The notes under the pieces: generated by a model | Databases searched by the model: none | What the model was told of the DNA's origin: nothing | The model's input: the letters and a program-made list of their open reading frames with translations, nothing else | Program-made: the position numbers and the translations under genes | Part shown: positions 30,469 through 40,851 of the stretch, piece by piece | Position numbering within the stretch: position 1 is the first letter of the stretch | Layout of the letters: every line of letters starts with the position of its first letter | Source of the DNA: Dictyostelium discoideum | Lineage: Eukaryota | DNA length: 64,000 bases | Assembly: GCA_000004695.1 (NCBI GenBank) | Contig: CM000155.2 | Location: 3,538,380 to 3,602,379 of the forward strand | Direction of reading: 5' to 3'

Positions 30469-31398
30469 ATGAAATATCTAAAAATATTAATAATTGTTAC
30501 AATTTTTTTTTTATTAATATCACAATTTGATCAACTCTATTGGGATATTGAATTGAATTCATTTAAAGATTTGGTGCAACTGATTCCGCTGTTCCTTGTT
30601 CAATGTTAATAGATTTATCAATTTCTTTACAATCTGAAATTAAAAAATCAAAAAGTAAATCTATTAATATATTTTTTAGTGTTTTATCTTTATCCATCCA
30701 TATTTTTTTTTTAATTATCCAATTTGGATATCCATCTTTTATAAAATTTTATTCAATTTTTTTTTAAAGCTATTGTTGGTGCGAAATGAAAGATATTTTT
30801 GTTTTTTTTTGTGTGAAGGTATTTAACAAATTTTTTAAAAAAAAAAAAAAAACAAAATAAAATAAAATAAAAAATAAAAAAAAAAATAATATAAAAAAAA
30901 AAATAAAAATTTGTGATAATAAAGATATTTTAAGGTTGGCCAATTATAGATTATTTTTAATTTTTCTATGCAATAAACCGAAATTGAGCTATTATTTAAA
31001 CTGAAAAATTTTGAGAAAATGAAAATATAAGGGGTCCCAAAAAAAAAATAAAAAAAAGAGGCGAGAAACTCACCAATAATAATAATAATAATTTTAGAAA
31101 AATTCTGATTATATTTTTTGATGGTGAAGAAGCATTTAAAGAATGGAGTGATACAGATTCATTATATGGTTCCAGACATTTAGCAAATTTATTATTGGAT
31201 AAAAAAGTAATTACCAAAGATAATGAGGATTTACCAATTAGTAGTAGCTTTTATAATACAGTTGAGGCTTTTATATCATTGGATTTATTGAGTACTCCAA
31301 ATCCAAGATTTTATATGTTTAATAAAAAAACTGAATCATTATTTAAAAAATTATCCAATATTGAAGATAAATTATCTTTAAAAAGATTGTAAGTGTTT

Positions 31399-31432
<34 letters not shown>

Positions 31433-31695
31433 CTAATTTTAATTTTCATATTTAAAAACAAAAAAAAAATAGTATAAGTCCAAAAGCAAATAAATACTTT
31501 CAAAATCATTTTATTGGTTCAGATATTCAATATGATCATATACCATTTTTAAACTATGTACCAACATTTATTATTCCTTACCCATTTCCAAATGTTTGGC
31601 ACACTGAAAAAGATGATGAACCTTATTTAGATAAAAATACAATCGAAGATTTATTAAAAATATTTGAAATATTTTTTGGTTCTTATTTGATATAA
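30469..31695 (+). pseudogene. glutaminyl-peptide cyclotransferase pseudogene (upstream tandem copy)
   Basis: Exons 2 and 3 (31098-31388, 31473-31695) are about 95-97% identical to the intact copy. Exon 1 (30469-30690) has lost two internal blocks relative to 33019-33583, including the HYDSK active-site region. It reads MKYLKILIIVTIFFLLISQFDQLYWDIELNSFKDLVQLIPLFLVQC-stop. The promoter-proximal element ttgaaaaaatttgccgccaaaattttaaa is conserved at 30270. Confidence 0.75.
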
Positions 31696-31807
31696 AAAAA
31701 ATAAAAAATAAAAAACAAAGGAATAAAAAATAGTAAATACATGTGTTTAAATATGTTTGAATGTTTTTTTTTTTTTTATTATTTTTTTTTTTATAATTAA
31801 CTAATTT

Positions 31808-32383
31808 TCAAACAGCACAAACATTATTAATATCAATTTTAACTTCATCTAACATCTTATCTATAACATTTAAATGTTTTGGTAAAGAGCCTTTATATTG
31901 TTGTACTATAACCACAATATCATTAATAGATGCCTCATCTTCACCATCATGTATTATAGTATTACGTTCATCTTTTAATTTTCTTATTTCCTCGAGATCT
32001 ATTTGGTGGTTTGTTTTGGCAAACTCAACAAACTTTGAGTGTTTATTGAACTCGTGTTTGAATCTGTTCCATTTGAACAATTTTGCGGTCTGTTCTGTTT
32101 TGAATTTCGATTTGAGTTGGGGTAATAATATATTTCCAAGATAATAATTTGCCATTAATGAAGAACGTGCATATGCAATTAATTGTTTTTCTTCTTCTGT
32201 TTTAGGTTTATTTTTATCATATAAATTATTTCTATAAAAAGGATTTCCTACTGTAAAAGCATTGATTTTGTCATGAAGTTTTTTCATCTCTTTGTCTCTT
32301 TCTTCTCCTTTAAACAATAAATCAGATACTGATGATTTTAACCCATCTATTTGTGTTTTTAAATTGGTATTTTCGGTTGTCAT
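31808..32383 (-). CDS. 191-aa protein with an ERNTIIH (Rx4H) motif, function unknown
   Basis: ATG at 32383. There is a patch of codons with C/G in the third position, a pattern typical of highly expressed genes in this organism. Its 3' end abuts the Y element shared with the 34465 gene; the X element lies upstream. Confidence 0.55.
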   Translation of the reverse strand: MTTENTNLKTQIDGLKSSVSDLLFKGEERDKEMKKLHDKINAFTVGNPFYRNNLYDKNKPKTEEEKQLIAYARSSLMANYYLGNILLPQLKSKFKTEQTAKLFKWNRFKHEFNKHSKFVEFAKTNHQIDLEEIRKLKDERNTIIHDGEDEASINDIVVIVQQYKGSLPKHLNVIDKMLDEVKIDINNVCAV

Positions 32384-33018
32384 TTTGTGTATATAAAATT
32401 AGTGTGTGAAAAAAAAAAAATAAAAAAAAAAAATAAAAAAAAATAATAAGAAAATCTAAAAAAAGTTACTTGTTTTTTTCTCAAAACTAATAAGAATTTA
32501 TTTATTTTTTAACCTATTTTTGTAATAATTTTTCATACAAAAAATAAACTATAATTTTTTTTTTTTTACTTTTAGATAAATCTCACTGCCAATTAGGAAC
32601 GTTCCAAATTCGAAAATGGGTTAGTTAATTTTAATGTTCATAAAAGGAAATTATAAAAATAAACTAAATTTAAAAATAATAAAATTTTTTTAAAATTAAA
32701 CAACCAATTTTACACCCTGTTTTGTTATTTATTTTGAACTAAATTTTTTTTTTTTTTTTAAGTTGAAAAAATTTGCCGCCAAAATTTTAAAGAATAATTA
32801 AATATATTTTTAAAGATGGGGTGTTATGGTGTTTTTTTTTTTTGTTTTAAAATAAAAGTTAAATAAACAATTAAAAAAAATCTTTTTTTACTTTCTTTTT
32901 TTTTTTTTATTTTTTTTTTATTTTTATTTTTTTTAATTTTTATTTTTTTTTTTTTTTTTATTTTTTAGTTTTTTTTTTTGGTTGGATTAGTTTTTGATTA
33001 AAAAAAAAAAAAAAAAAA

Positions 33019-33583
33019 ATGAAATATCTAAAAATATTAATAATTGTTACAATTTTTTTTTTTTTATTAATAAATGTGATTAATTGTATTGATAGAAAAG
33101 AGATAGTACAAAAAGAAGTGAAAATTAAATTTAAAAATTTAAAATCCACATTAATAAAGAAATATAGTGAATCAAATATGGAAAAAATTCAAAAACATTT
33201 AAAACATATATTGGTTGAAAGAGTTGCCGATACTCCAAACCATAAAAAAGTTAGAGAATATATAATATCACAATTTGATCAACTCTATTGGGATATTGAA
33301 TTGGATTCATTTAAAGATAATACTCCATTTGGTGAGAAAACTTTTACAAATATAATTGTAACATCAAAATTTGTTAATGATGATGATGAAGATGATATTG
33401 ACACAAAAGAAAGCAATGGTAACATATCAAGTGAACCACCAAAAACATTAGTACTATCAGCTCACTATGATTCTAAATATTTTAAAGAATTTAAATTCTT
33501 TGGTGCAACTGATTCCGCTGTTCCTTGTTCAATGTTAATAGATTTAGCAATTTCTTTACAATCTGAAATTAAAAAATCAAAGA
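33019..33583 (+). CDS. glutaminyl-peptide cyclotransferase (glutaminyl cyclase), exon 1
   Basis: A signal peptide (MKYLKILIIVTIFFFLLINVINC) is followed by …[36 protein letters not shown], matching human QPCT LVLACHYDSKYF…[21 protein letters not shown]. The donor is aag a|gtaaat at 33584. The exon length is 565 = 3n+1. Confidence 0.8.
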
Positions 33584-33649
33584 GTAAATATATTAATATA
33601 TATTTTTTTAAAAAAAAAATAAAATAATAATTAAAAAAAAACTTTTTAC

Positions 33650-33725
<76 letters not shown>

Positions 33726-33730
33726 TTTAG

Positions 33731-34022
33731 AAAAATTAATGATTATATTTTTTGATGGTGAAGAAGCATTTAAAGAATGGAGTGACACAGATTCATTATA
33801 TGGTTCCAGACATTTAGCAAATTTATTATTGGATAAAAAAGTAATTACCAAAGATAATGAAGATTTACCAATTAGTAGTAGTTTTTATAATACAGTTGAG
33901 GCTTTTATATTATTGGATTTATTGGGTACTCCAAATCCAAGATTTTATATGTTTAATAAAAAAACTGAATCATTATTTAAAAAATTATCTGATATTGAAG
34001 ATAAATTATCTTTAAAAAGATT
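33731..34022 (+). CDS. glutaminyl cyclase exon 2
   Basis: The acceptor is aattttag| at 33729-33730. [26 protein letters not shown] matches human [26 protein letters not shown]. The donor is tt|gtaagtg at 34023. Intron 1 contains an (AAT)23 microsatellite at 33655-33723. Confidence 0.8.
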
Positions 34023-34029
34023 GTAAGTG

Positions 34030-34097
<68 letters not shown>

Positions 34098-34129
34098 TAT
34101 AATAATAATATTTAAAACAAAAAAAATAG

Positions 34130-34355
34130 TATAAGTCCAAAAGCAAATAAATACTTTCAAAATCATTTTATTGGTTCAGATATTCAAGATGATCATATAC
34201 CATTTTTAAACTATGTACCAACATTACATATTATTCCTTACCCATTTCCAAATGTTTGGCACACTGAAAAAGATGATGAATCTTGTTTAGATAAAAATAC
34301 AATTGAAGATTTATCAAAAATATTTAAAATATTTGTTGGTTCTTATTTAATATAA
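34130..34355 (+). CDS. glutaminyl cyclase exon 3
   Basis: The acceptor is aaaatag| at 34128-34129. …[36 protein letters not shown] matches human [37 protein letters not shown]. The stop codon is at 34353-34355. Confidence 0.8.
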
Positions 34356-34408
34356 AATAAATAAAAAATTAAAAATTAAAAAAAGTAAATACATGTATTT
34401 AAATGTTG

Positions 34409-34445
<37 letters not shown>

Positions 34446-34464
34446 TTTTAATTTTATTTTATAA

Positions 34465-34818
34465 TTAACTAATTTTTAAACCATTTTCAATTTTTGAATC
34501 TGGTGATAATAAAATTACATCTCCTTCTTCTTTACCTAATGCACCTAATACTAAACATTCAGACATAAATTTTCTACCAATTTGTTTCTTTGGAAAATTT
34601 ACAACGGCAACAATTTGACGATTTACTAAATCTTCTTTATTATATCTCTTTGTAATTTGTGCCGAGGATTTACGAATTCCAATGGTTTCACCAAAATCAA
34701 TGGTTAATTGGTAGGCAGGTTTTCTTGCTTCTGGGAAATCATCAACTTGGATTATTGTTCCAACTCTCATATCCACTCTTTCAAATTCCTCCCATTTTAA
34801 ATCTCTTTTATCTTCCAT
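34465..34818 (-). CDS. stand-alone tRNA-binding domain protein (Myf/EMAP-II/CsaA/Trbp111-like OB fold)
   Basis: 117 aa with an ATG start. VDMRVGTIIQVDDFPEARKPAYQLTIDFGE…NRQIVAVVNFPKKQIGRKFMSECLVLGA follows the tRNA_bind pattern (compare [29 protein letters not shown]…). Confidence 0.65.
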   Translation of the reverse strand: MEDKRDLKWEEFERVDMRVGTIIQVDDFPEARKPAYQLTIDFGETIGIRKSSAQITKRYNKEDLVNRQIVAVVNFPKKQIGRKFMSECLVLGALGKEEGDVILLSPDSKIENGLKIS

Positions 34819-35320
34819 TGTTTTTTTTTTTTTTTTTTAAGTCTTTTTAAATTAAATGCCAAATTGGATTTTTAATTTTTAATTTTTTGTTTCGAAACTA
34901 AACAAAAAAAAAAATAAAAATAAAAAAATAAAAATAAAAAAAAAAAATAAAAAAAAAAAATAAAAATAAAAAAAAAAAAAAAATAAATTAATATTCTGGA
35001 ATAAGAAAATCTAAAAAAAGATACTTGTTTTTTTCTCAAATTAACGAATTTTTTAAAAAATTTATAATATAAAACCTACTATTTTTCTAATAATTTTTAC
35101 CTTTCATACCAAAAAAAAACAAACAATTTTAATTTATTTATGAATATGATTAATGAGATCTCATTTTATTTAATTCTAAGGTAGAAAGTTTAAAGCATTA
35201 TAATAAAAGTAAAGTGTTTAGTGTCGCTATGTATTACGTTACGTGTTTTTATTAAATTTGTTTTTAATGTTTAAGATTTTTGTCATCCTTCAAAAAATTA
35301 GCTTTAACTTAATTCGTTTT

Positions 35321-35687
35321 TTTTTTTTTTTGAATTGGATAACGCAATTATTAGTTGCTTCTCCTTGAGATGCTAGATCTCATTTTATTTTTATTTTTAT
35401 TTTTTTTTTTTACAGGGTCTCTAAAAGAGGGGTTAGTTTACTTTTTTTTTTTTTTTATTATTTTTTTTTTTTTTTTTTTTTTTTCGAATTTTGAATTGTA
35501 TTATTACTTTTGATTAAAATATGTCCAAGGAGATTTTTGCTTTAACCCATCAATATGAGCAGTGTATATTACTTCCTACTCTTGATCTAGGTCCTCTATG
35601 TATTTACGAGCCCTCAGGGTATCGGACCGTTGTCCTAGGGTGTGCAAGTCAATCTCTTAACCCTGCACTATCAGGGGCCCATTAACT
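35321..35687 (-). mobile_element. 5'-truncated poly(A)-terminated retroelement remnant (TRE5-like position) with a 13-bp target-site duplication, about 40 bp upstream of tRNA-Phe
   Basis: The direct repeat ttaacttaattcg occurs at 35308-35320 and 35688-35700. The insert begins with T15 (poly-A on the minus strand). It is GC-richer (about 40%) than its surroundings. It carries a 58-codon plus-strand ORF (35526-35702, uses ccc/ggg/cgg codons). Its 5' end faces the tRNA gene. Confidence 0.5.
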
Positions 35688-35726
35688 TAATTCGTATTAA
35701 AGTGTTAAAAATATAAATTTCACTAA

Positions 35727-35800
35727 GCCTTAGTAGCTCAGTTGGTATGAGCGTGAGACTGAAGATCTTAAGGTCGCTGGTTCGATCCCGGCCTGAGGCA
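35727..35800 (+). tRNA. tRNA-Phe (anticodon GAA)
   Basis: GCCTTAG|TA|GCTC|AGTTGGTAT|GAGC|G|TGAGA|CTGAAGA|TCTTA|AGGTC|GCTGG|TTCGATC|CCGGC|CTGAGGC|A folds as a canonical cloverleaf with 7/4/5/5-bp stems, U33, G37, a GTTCGATCC B box and an A box TAGCTCAGTTGG. It is very similar to yeast tRNA-Phe. No CCA is encoded. Confidence 0.9.
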
Positions 35801-35830
35801 ATAATTTCAAAAGAATAATCATCGGATCGT

Positions 35831-35845
35831 AAGTTCGATTCCTGA
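35831..35845 (+). promoter_or_regulatory. external B box (ex-B) downstream of tRNA-Phe
   Basis: aaGTTCGATTCCtg lies 34 nt past the tRNA 3' end. Dictyostelium tRNA genes frequently carry a second, extragenic B box 20-40 nt downstream; this is established knowledge for this genome. Confidence 0.6.
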
Positions 35846-36006
35846 TTAGGGATATAACAGTCACTGCAAAAATATAAAAAAGAAAAAGATTGAAAATTAA
35901 TTCTTTCAATTTTTAAGACCCAAACTATTCCTTAAACAAATAATCAAATTAAGAAAATTAACCTACAAAGTCAGAATTAGTACTACCAAATATTATACTG
36001 TAATGG

Positions 36007-39000
36007 AATGTCAGAGGTTGGGGCACTGACACCTCCTTCAAAAACAAAACAGACTTTATCAAATCCCAATCCCCCCCAAACTCATTGGCACTAACCATAG
36101 TCAATGAACTCAACGCCGACGCAACACAAGCACACCAGCTATTCCCTGGCTCCATCATTAGCGCAACCAAAAGAGGCAACGGAATAGGAATACTAAACCA
36201 CAACAACCAAAACATAAAACTCTCACCAATATTCATAATAGAAGGTAGACTAATAATATCAGACATTCTAATAAAAGATACCACAACGAGAATCTTGGCC
36301 ATATACGCCCCGGCCCAACCTGATAAAAGAAAAACACTAGCTTCAACACTAAACAAACACTTCAACAACCAATACCACAACCTAACGTCTAACCCTAAAA
36401 AAAACATNGACATCATAGCAGGCGACTTCAACTGTTTAGACTTCAATGACAATCACACATCAAATGATGACCAAGGCAACTTGACAACACAATCCCCAGA
36501 TGAGATGGCCACAGTAATCGAAGCCATCAGAATTTCAAATAACCTAATGGATATGGACCAACTAAATAAAAGACCCACCTTCTCAAGAACGATACACAAC
36601 ACAAACAATAACCTCACAAGAATCTTGGAAAGGAGACTAGACAGAATATACCTTAACAATAGCNTAATCAACTACAGCCAATTATACTTAAGGAACCTAA
36701 TCCCCCCAAAAATTAACGACATACCTCTATCAGATCACAACTTCCTATCAACCACTTTCACTCTACCCAACATACAGATGAACAAGCGCAGATGGAGATT
36801 AAAAAAATCCTCAATCCTCTCAAGCATAATGCTTAAGAAAATAGACTTCCTACTTAACGATTATTCAAGGGAGCTGTCATCCAACCATAACTCTATTTCC
36901 TTCTCTCAACTCAACAGCTTACTNAACAAAATAAAACAACTATACACNGAATTTCAAAAACAAAACGACTACAACAATAAGGCAAACATCAAAAATCTAA
37001 TCTCCCTACTAGAGACAGAATTTAAAGACCAAGCCTTCGCAACCCTTTCAGCAATAAATGAATCTAAAAAAAGAGAAGAACAACTTAAACAAGAATTGAA
37101 CAACTATTGCGAAGAAACCTCACTCAAGTACATCTCCGCGAGAATCAAGAAAAGACACAATGATTTCACCATCAACGCAGTAAAAGATGCACAAGGTAGA
37201 ACAATTAACAAACAGGAATTGATCGAAGAAGAATACGTAAAATATTACTCAAATCTTTATGACTACAAAGAAGATGACCCACTATCTCATTACGAAATGT
37301 TGGAAAATTGGACAGTGACCAGGGACTCAACATGGGACAACCTTGAAAATGAATTCACCTCACAAGAAATCCTAGAAGTAATAAAACAACTGAACCCACA
37401 CAAATCTCCAGGTCCAGATGGAATTCCAAACTTATTCTACATAACACACAAAGAAAAACTAGCTCCAATACTGGCCTCAGCATTCAACGACACTCTAAGA
37501 AATCCTCATCTAATTAGCAAAAATTACAAAGAAGGCCTCATTATCACGATACCTAAAAAGGGAGACCCCGAACTAATCAAAAACAGAAGACCAATTACAC
37601 TGGCTAACTGTATATATAAAATCCACTCAAAGCTAATAAACAATAGAATAATCCCAATACTAACGAAAGTGATCAACCACAATCAAAAAGGTTTCGTACC
37701 AGGCAGATTCATTCTAGATAATATCATATCAATGAACGAATTAATCAACTATTGTAATGATAAAAGAATTAACGGAATAATTACACTATATGATTTCGAA
37801 AAAGCTTTTGACTCGATCTCACACGGTTCAATACTTAGATCACTACAACACATCAACATTCCAACCAATATAATCAACCTGATAATGAATCTACTCACCA
37901 AATCTGAAGCAAGAATTGAAATTAATGGTAGAACTACTATACCCTTTGAGATCAAAAGAGGAGTTAAACAAGGAGATCCACTATCACCCACCCTGTTCGT
38001 CCTTGTAATAGAGGCTTTAGCTAGAAAAATTTTACAAGATGACCGAATTACTGGCCTTCCTCTAAACAACAGCAACCACAGAGAGAAATTCCAAAGCTTT
38101 GCAGACGACTCGGCTTCAATGGTCCCAGACTCTCAACAACTTGAATTAGTACTACAACACTTCAATTCATTTTGCAAAGCCACTTCCTCAAAACTAAACA
38201 TCGACAAATCTTCATCAATTCTTATAGGCAACCCAGACAATACCAACCAAAGAATTCCAATATCTACAAATCCAGAAAGATACTTGGGATACTTCTTCAC
38301 AGGCAAAGGGATAACAAGAAAAATGCCAGAAATATTAAACACAATAAGATCATCCTTAGTACTATGGAAAACCACTGACTCAACAATCAAAACCAAAACC
38401 AACATCCTCAAAGCATTCGCACTCTCTAAATTAACCTACTATTCATATGTAGAGAACTTTAAGGAAGAGGAATTAAACCAAATCAATAAATTAGTCGAAT
38501 GGTTTTTATCGGCACCAAACAACAAAAATGCTAGTGGATTTCAAGTTATTAATTTAATGAGAACCAAAAGAGCAAGATACCCACTAAAAGTAGGGGGCTG
38601 GAACATTTGGAATATAGAATTGAGACAACTGGCGCAGAAACTTTGGATCATAAACCAGTTCATCCTAGCACTAGAAACCAAACAAACAAACTCATCTCAT
38701 CACAAAAGCTGGGAATATCAGATCCAAAAAAACAAATTCACATCCAGATACCTAAAAGAAAACTTAGACGAATGGAACAAAATAAGAATAAAAAAAGCAA
38801 TCTTCAACAATAATCTCACATCCATAAAAAACGAAAATGGACAACCACTTTCACTGGCAGAATGGTATACCACAATTCAAGACCAAAATCCAACCATCCC
38901 TAAAACGGAATTCCAATCATCTCTAAACTTAAGAGGCTACAGCTATAATCAACTCTTCAACAACATACTGAAGATAAAAGACCCTAAAACAAGAGACACA

Positions 39001-39827
39001 ATGTTTAGATTCCATGCCAGATGCCTTCCAATAAACTACCTTCACAACAAACAATGCCCACTCTGCAAAGAAGATATGAGCAAAGACCCATACGGTCACC
39101 TGTTCTTCTCATGCAAGAAAACAAAACAATTCATAAAAATAAATAAACTCAAAAATTTCATCTATATTACCACAGGCAAAGGTAAAAACTGGCATCATAC
39201 AAGAATTAGGCAAAATAACAATTTCATTAATAGAATAACTCCAAAATTATCACCGACAGCCAAAAAAGATCAAGAAGTGAATGCAGATTACGCCAACCAC
39301 AGATTCCACAAAGAATACTTTGAATGGAACTATAAAGCAATAGACTATGATCTAACCAGATCATTCGCATATAGAAACCTAATGGCCCTTATCCTCCACA
39401 ACATTTGGATTTGGATTTGCAATCAAATATACAGTGAAGATCCTTTAACAAATGAATCACTATCATACAGCTCCCTTCTAAAGAAATGGCACAAATTGGC
39501 CACTCTAGAATACATCAAAAAAGCAAAAGATCTGAAAAACTTATCAGCAAAAGACCATAATAATTTCAAAGATCCTAAGATCCTTCTCACCTCAACGATC
39601 AAGCTAAGAAAAACAACAGCTAATTACTATTGTATTCCAGAATCATCTCTCCCAAATATTATATCTTTTGATCAATTCATATGATTAAAATAACCCTTCA
39701 GCTTAAATGATAAGCCTATAAATAAATATTAAATAAAAACTCGTATTAACACAGATGGACATATATCAATCTTGTTAATCCAATATTAAAAAAAAAAAAA
39801 TATTATACTGTTGATTTATACACCAGA
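36007..39827 (+). mobile_element. TRE3-like tRNA-gene-targeted non-LTR retrotransposon, 5'-truncated (no ORF1), same orientation as and downstream of tRNA-Phe
   Basis: Base composition jumps to GC-rich at 36007. It contains a single 1199-codon APE+RT ORF, a 3' A13 tract at 39781-39793, and is bounded by agaattagtactaccaaatattatactgt repeats. Ambiguous n bases at 36418, 36664, 36924 and 36958 indicate consensus assembly of a repeated element. The subfamily was assigned by position and orientation only. Confidence 0.6.
36085..39684 (+). CDS. retroelement ORF2: apurinic-like endonuclease + reverse transcriptase + C-terminal Cys-rich domain
   Basis: The N-terminal block …IAGDFNCLDFNDNH… is EEP/APE-like. 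The RT motifs are …PITLANCIYKIHSKLINNR…, …YDFEKAFDSISHGS…, and FADDSA (the YxDD box). The C-terminus CPLCKEDMSKDPYGHLFFSCKKT is a zinc-knuckle-like segment. Confidence 0.8.
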   Translation: MALTIVNELNADATQAHQLFPGSIISATKRGNGIGILNHNNQNIKLSPIFIIEGRLIISDILIKDTTTRILAIYAPAQPDKRKTLASTLNKHFNNQYHNLTSNPKKNXDIIAGDFNCLDFNDNHTSNDDQGNLTTQSPDEMATVIEAIRISNNLMDMDQLNKRPTFSRTIHNTNNNLTRILERRLDRIYLNNSXINYSQLYLRNLIPPKINDIPLSDHNFLSTTFTLPNIQMNKRRWRLKKSSILSSIMLKKIDFLLNDYSRELSSNHNSISFSQLNSLXNKIKQLYXEFQKQNDYNNKANIKNLISLLETEFKDQAFATLSAINESKKREEQLKQELNNYCEETSLKYISARIKKRHNDFTINAVKDAQGRTINKQELIEEEYVKYYSNLYDYKEDDPLSHYEMLENWTVTRDSTWDNLENEFTSQEILEVIKQLNPHKSPGPDGIPNLFYITHKEKLAPILASAFNDTLRNPHLISKNYKEGLIITIPKKGDPELIKNRRPITLANCIYKIHSKLINNRIIPILTKVINHNQKGFVPGRFILDNIISMNELINYCNDKRINGIITLYDFEKAFDSISHGSILRSLQHINIPTNIINLIMNLLTKSEARIEINGRTTIPFEIKRGVKQGDPLSPTLFVLVIEALARKILQDDRITGLPLNNSNHREKFQSFADDSASMVPDSQQLELVLQHFNSFCKATSSKLNIDKSSSILIGNPDNTNQRIPISTNPERYLGYFFTGKGITRKMPEILNTIRSSLVLWKTTDSTIKTKTNILKAFALSKLTYYSYVENFKEEELNQINKLVEWFLSAPNNKNASGFQVINLMRTKRARYPLKVGGWNIWNIELRQLAQKLWIINQFILALETKQTNSSHHKSWEYQIQKNKFTSRYLKENLDEWNKIRIKKAIFNNNLTSIKNENGQPLSLAEWYTTIQDQNPTIPKTEFQSSLNLRGYSYNQLFNNILKIKDPKTRDTMFRFHARCLPINYLHNKQCPLCKEDMSKDPYGHLFFSCKKTKQFIKINKLKNFIYITTGKGKNWHHTRIRQNNNFINRITPKLSPTAKKDQEVNADYANHRFHKEYFEWNYKAIDYDLTRSFAYRNLMALILHNIWIWICNQIYSEDPLTNESLSYSSLLKKWHKLATLEYIKKAKDLKNLSAKDHNNFKDPKILLTSTIKLRKTTANYYCIPESSLPNIISFDQFI

Positions 39828-39901
39828 ATTAGTACTACCAAATATTATACTGTTGATTTATTTATTAACTATCTTAATCTCAAAAAAATATTTACTCCAC
39901 A

Positions 39902-39953
<52 letters not shown>

Positions 39954-40454
39954 TTAAATTCATTAAACCTAATAATTACTGTTTATTTCCTTAATGGATA
40001 AACATTGATTAATCATTATAAAAATAAAAAAATAAAAAAAACTACAAAAAAAAGGTAGGAAATCTAACATATTGCCATAATAAATTTGAAATTAATTTAT
40101 CCCCAAATACTTTTTTATATAAATTATAAATGTCCTCCATTATAATTTAAAATGAATGATGATAAATAAAAAAAAATAAAATGTCTATTAATTATTTGTT
40201 TAAAGATTCGATAATATTATTTGATTAAAAAAAAAAAAATAAAAATATTTCATATGAAATTTACTTTTCTAAAAAAAAAAAAAAAAAAAAAAAAATATTT
40301 GTTTTCAAAAAAATTCTAAAAAAAAAAAGGTTATTTAGAATTGGATTTTTTTGGTTAATTTTAAATAAAATAATTATAAAAATTAATTTTAGGCGTCTCA
40401 TTTAATAGGTTATTTATATACTACAAGAATAAATTAAAATTTTATTGGTGATTA

Positions 40455-40634
40455 TATTTTATCTGATTGGTCGTCAGAATCTAAAAATGATTCAAGTTCT
40501 TCTTTGTTTGGATTTTCAATAACTATATTCTCTATTGTTACTTCTGAACCAGTATTTGATTCTGATATTGAATTATTTTGTATATTATTATTTATATTAT
40601 TATTTTTATTATTATTATTATTATTACTATTATA

Positions 40635-40667
<33 letters not shown>

Positions 40668-40851
40668 TTGATTATTTATATTATTATTTATATTATTATT
40701 ACTATTATTTAAATTTTTTGGTGGATTTGAAAATTTTCTTTCTTTTTCAGATAATAAATTTTCAAGATCTTTTCTTTCTTTTAATATTTTTTCTCTTTCA
40801 AACTTTTGATATTGTAATGATAAATCTTCTTGAAGTTTATTAAGTTCAAGT
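40455..40851 (-). CDS. coiled-coil protein, 3' exon (poly-N tract)
   Basis: The acceptor is ttttttaag| at 40852-40853. The phase-2 join gives …DSLKK-LELNKLQEDLSLQYQKFEREKILKERKDLENLLSEKERKF…SDDQSDKI-stop, with the stop at 40452-40454. The antisense Y-rich ORF 40535-40843 in the track is spurious. Confidence 0.5.

Noticed and set aside
30996-33851. ORFs 30996-31217 and 33465-33851 ([17 protein letters not shown]…)
   Set aside because: These are antisense readings of glutaminyl-cyclase exon 2 in both copies.
35321-35700. DGLT-A (tRNA-targeted LTR element) as the identity of the insertion upstream of tRNA-Phe
   Set aside because: The insert ends in a T15/A15 tail and has a 13-bp TSD. It has no LTR-like terminal repeats, which favours a truncated non-LTR element.
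35958-38411. Minus-strand ORFs inside the retroelement (35958-36452, 36453-36671, 37749-38075, 38133-38411)
   Set aside because: They are antisense to the 1199-codon RT ORF, and one contains X from an ambiguous base.
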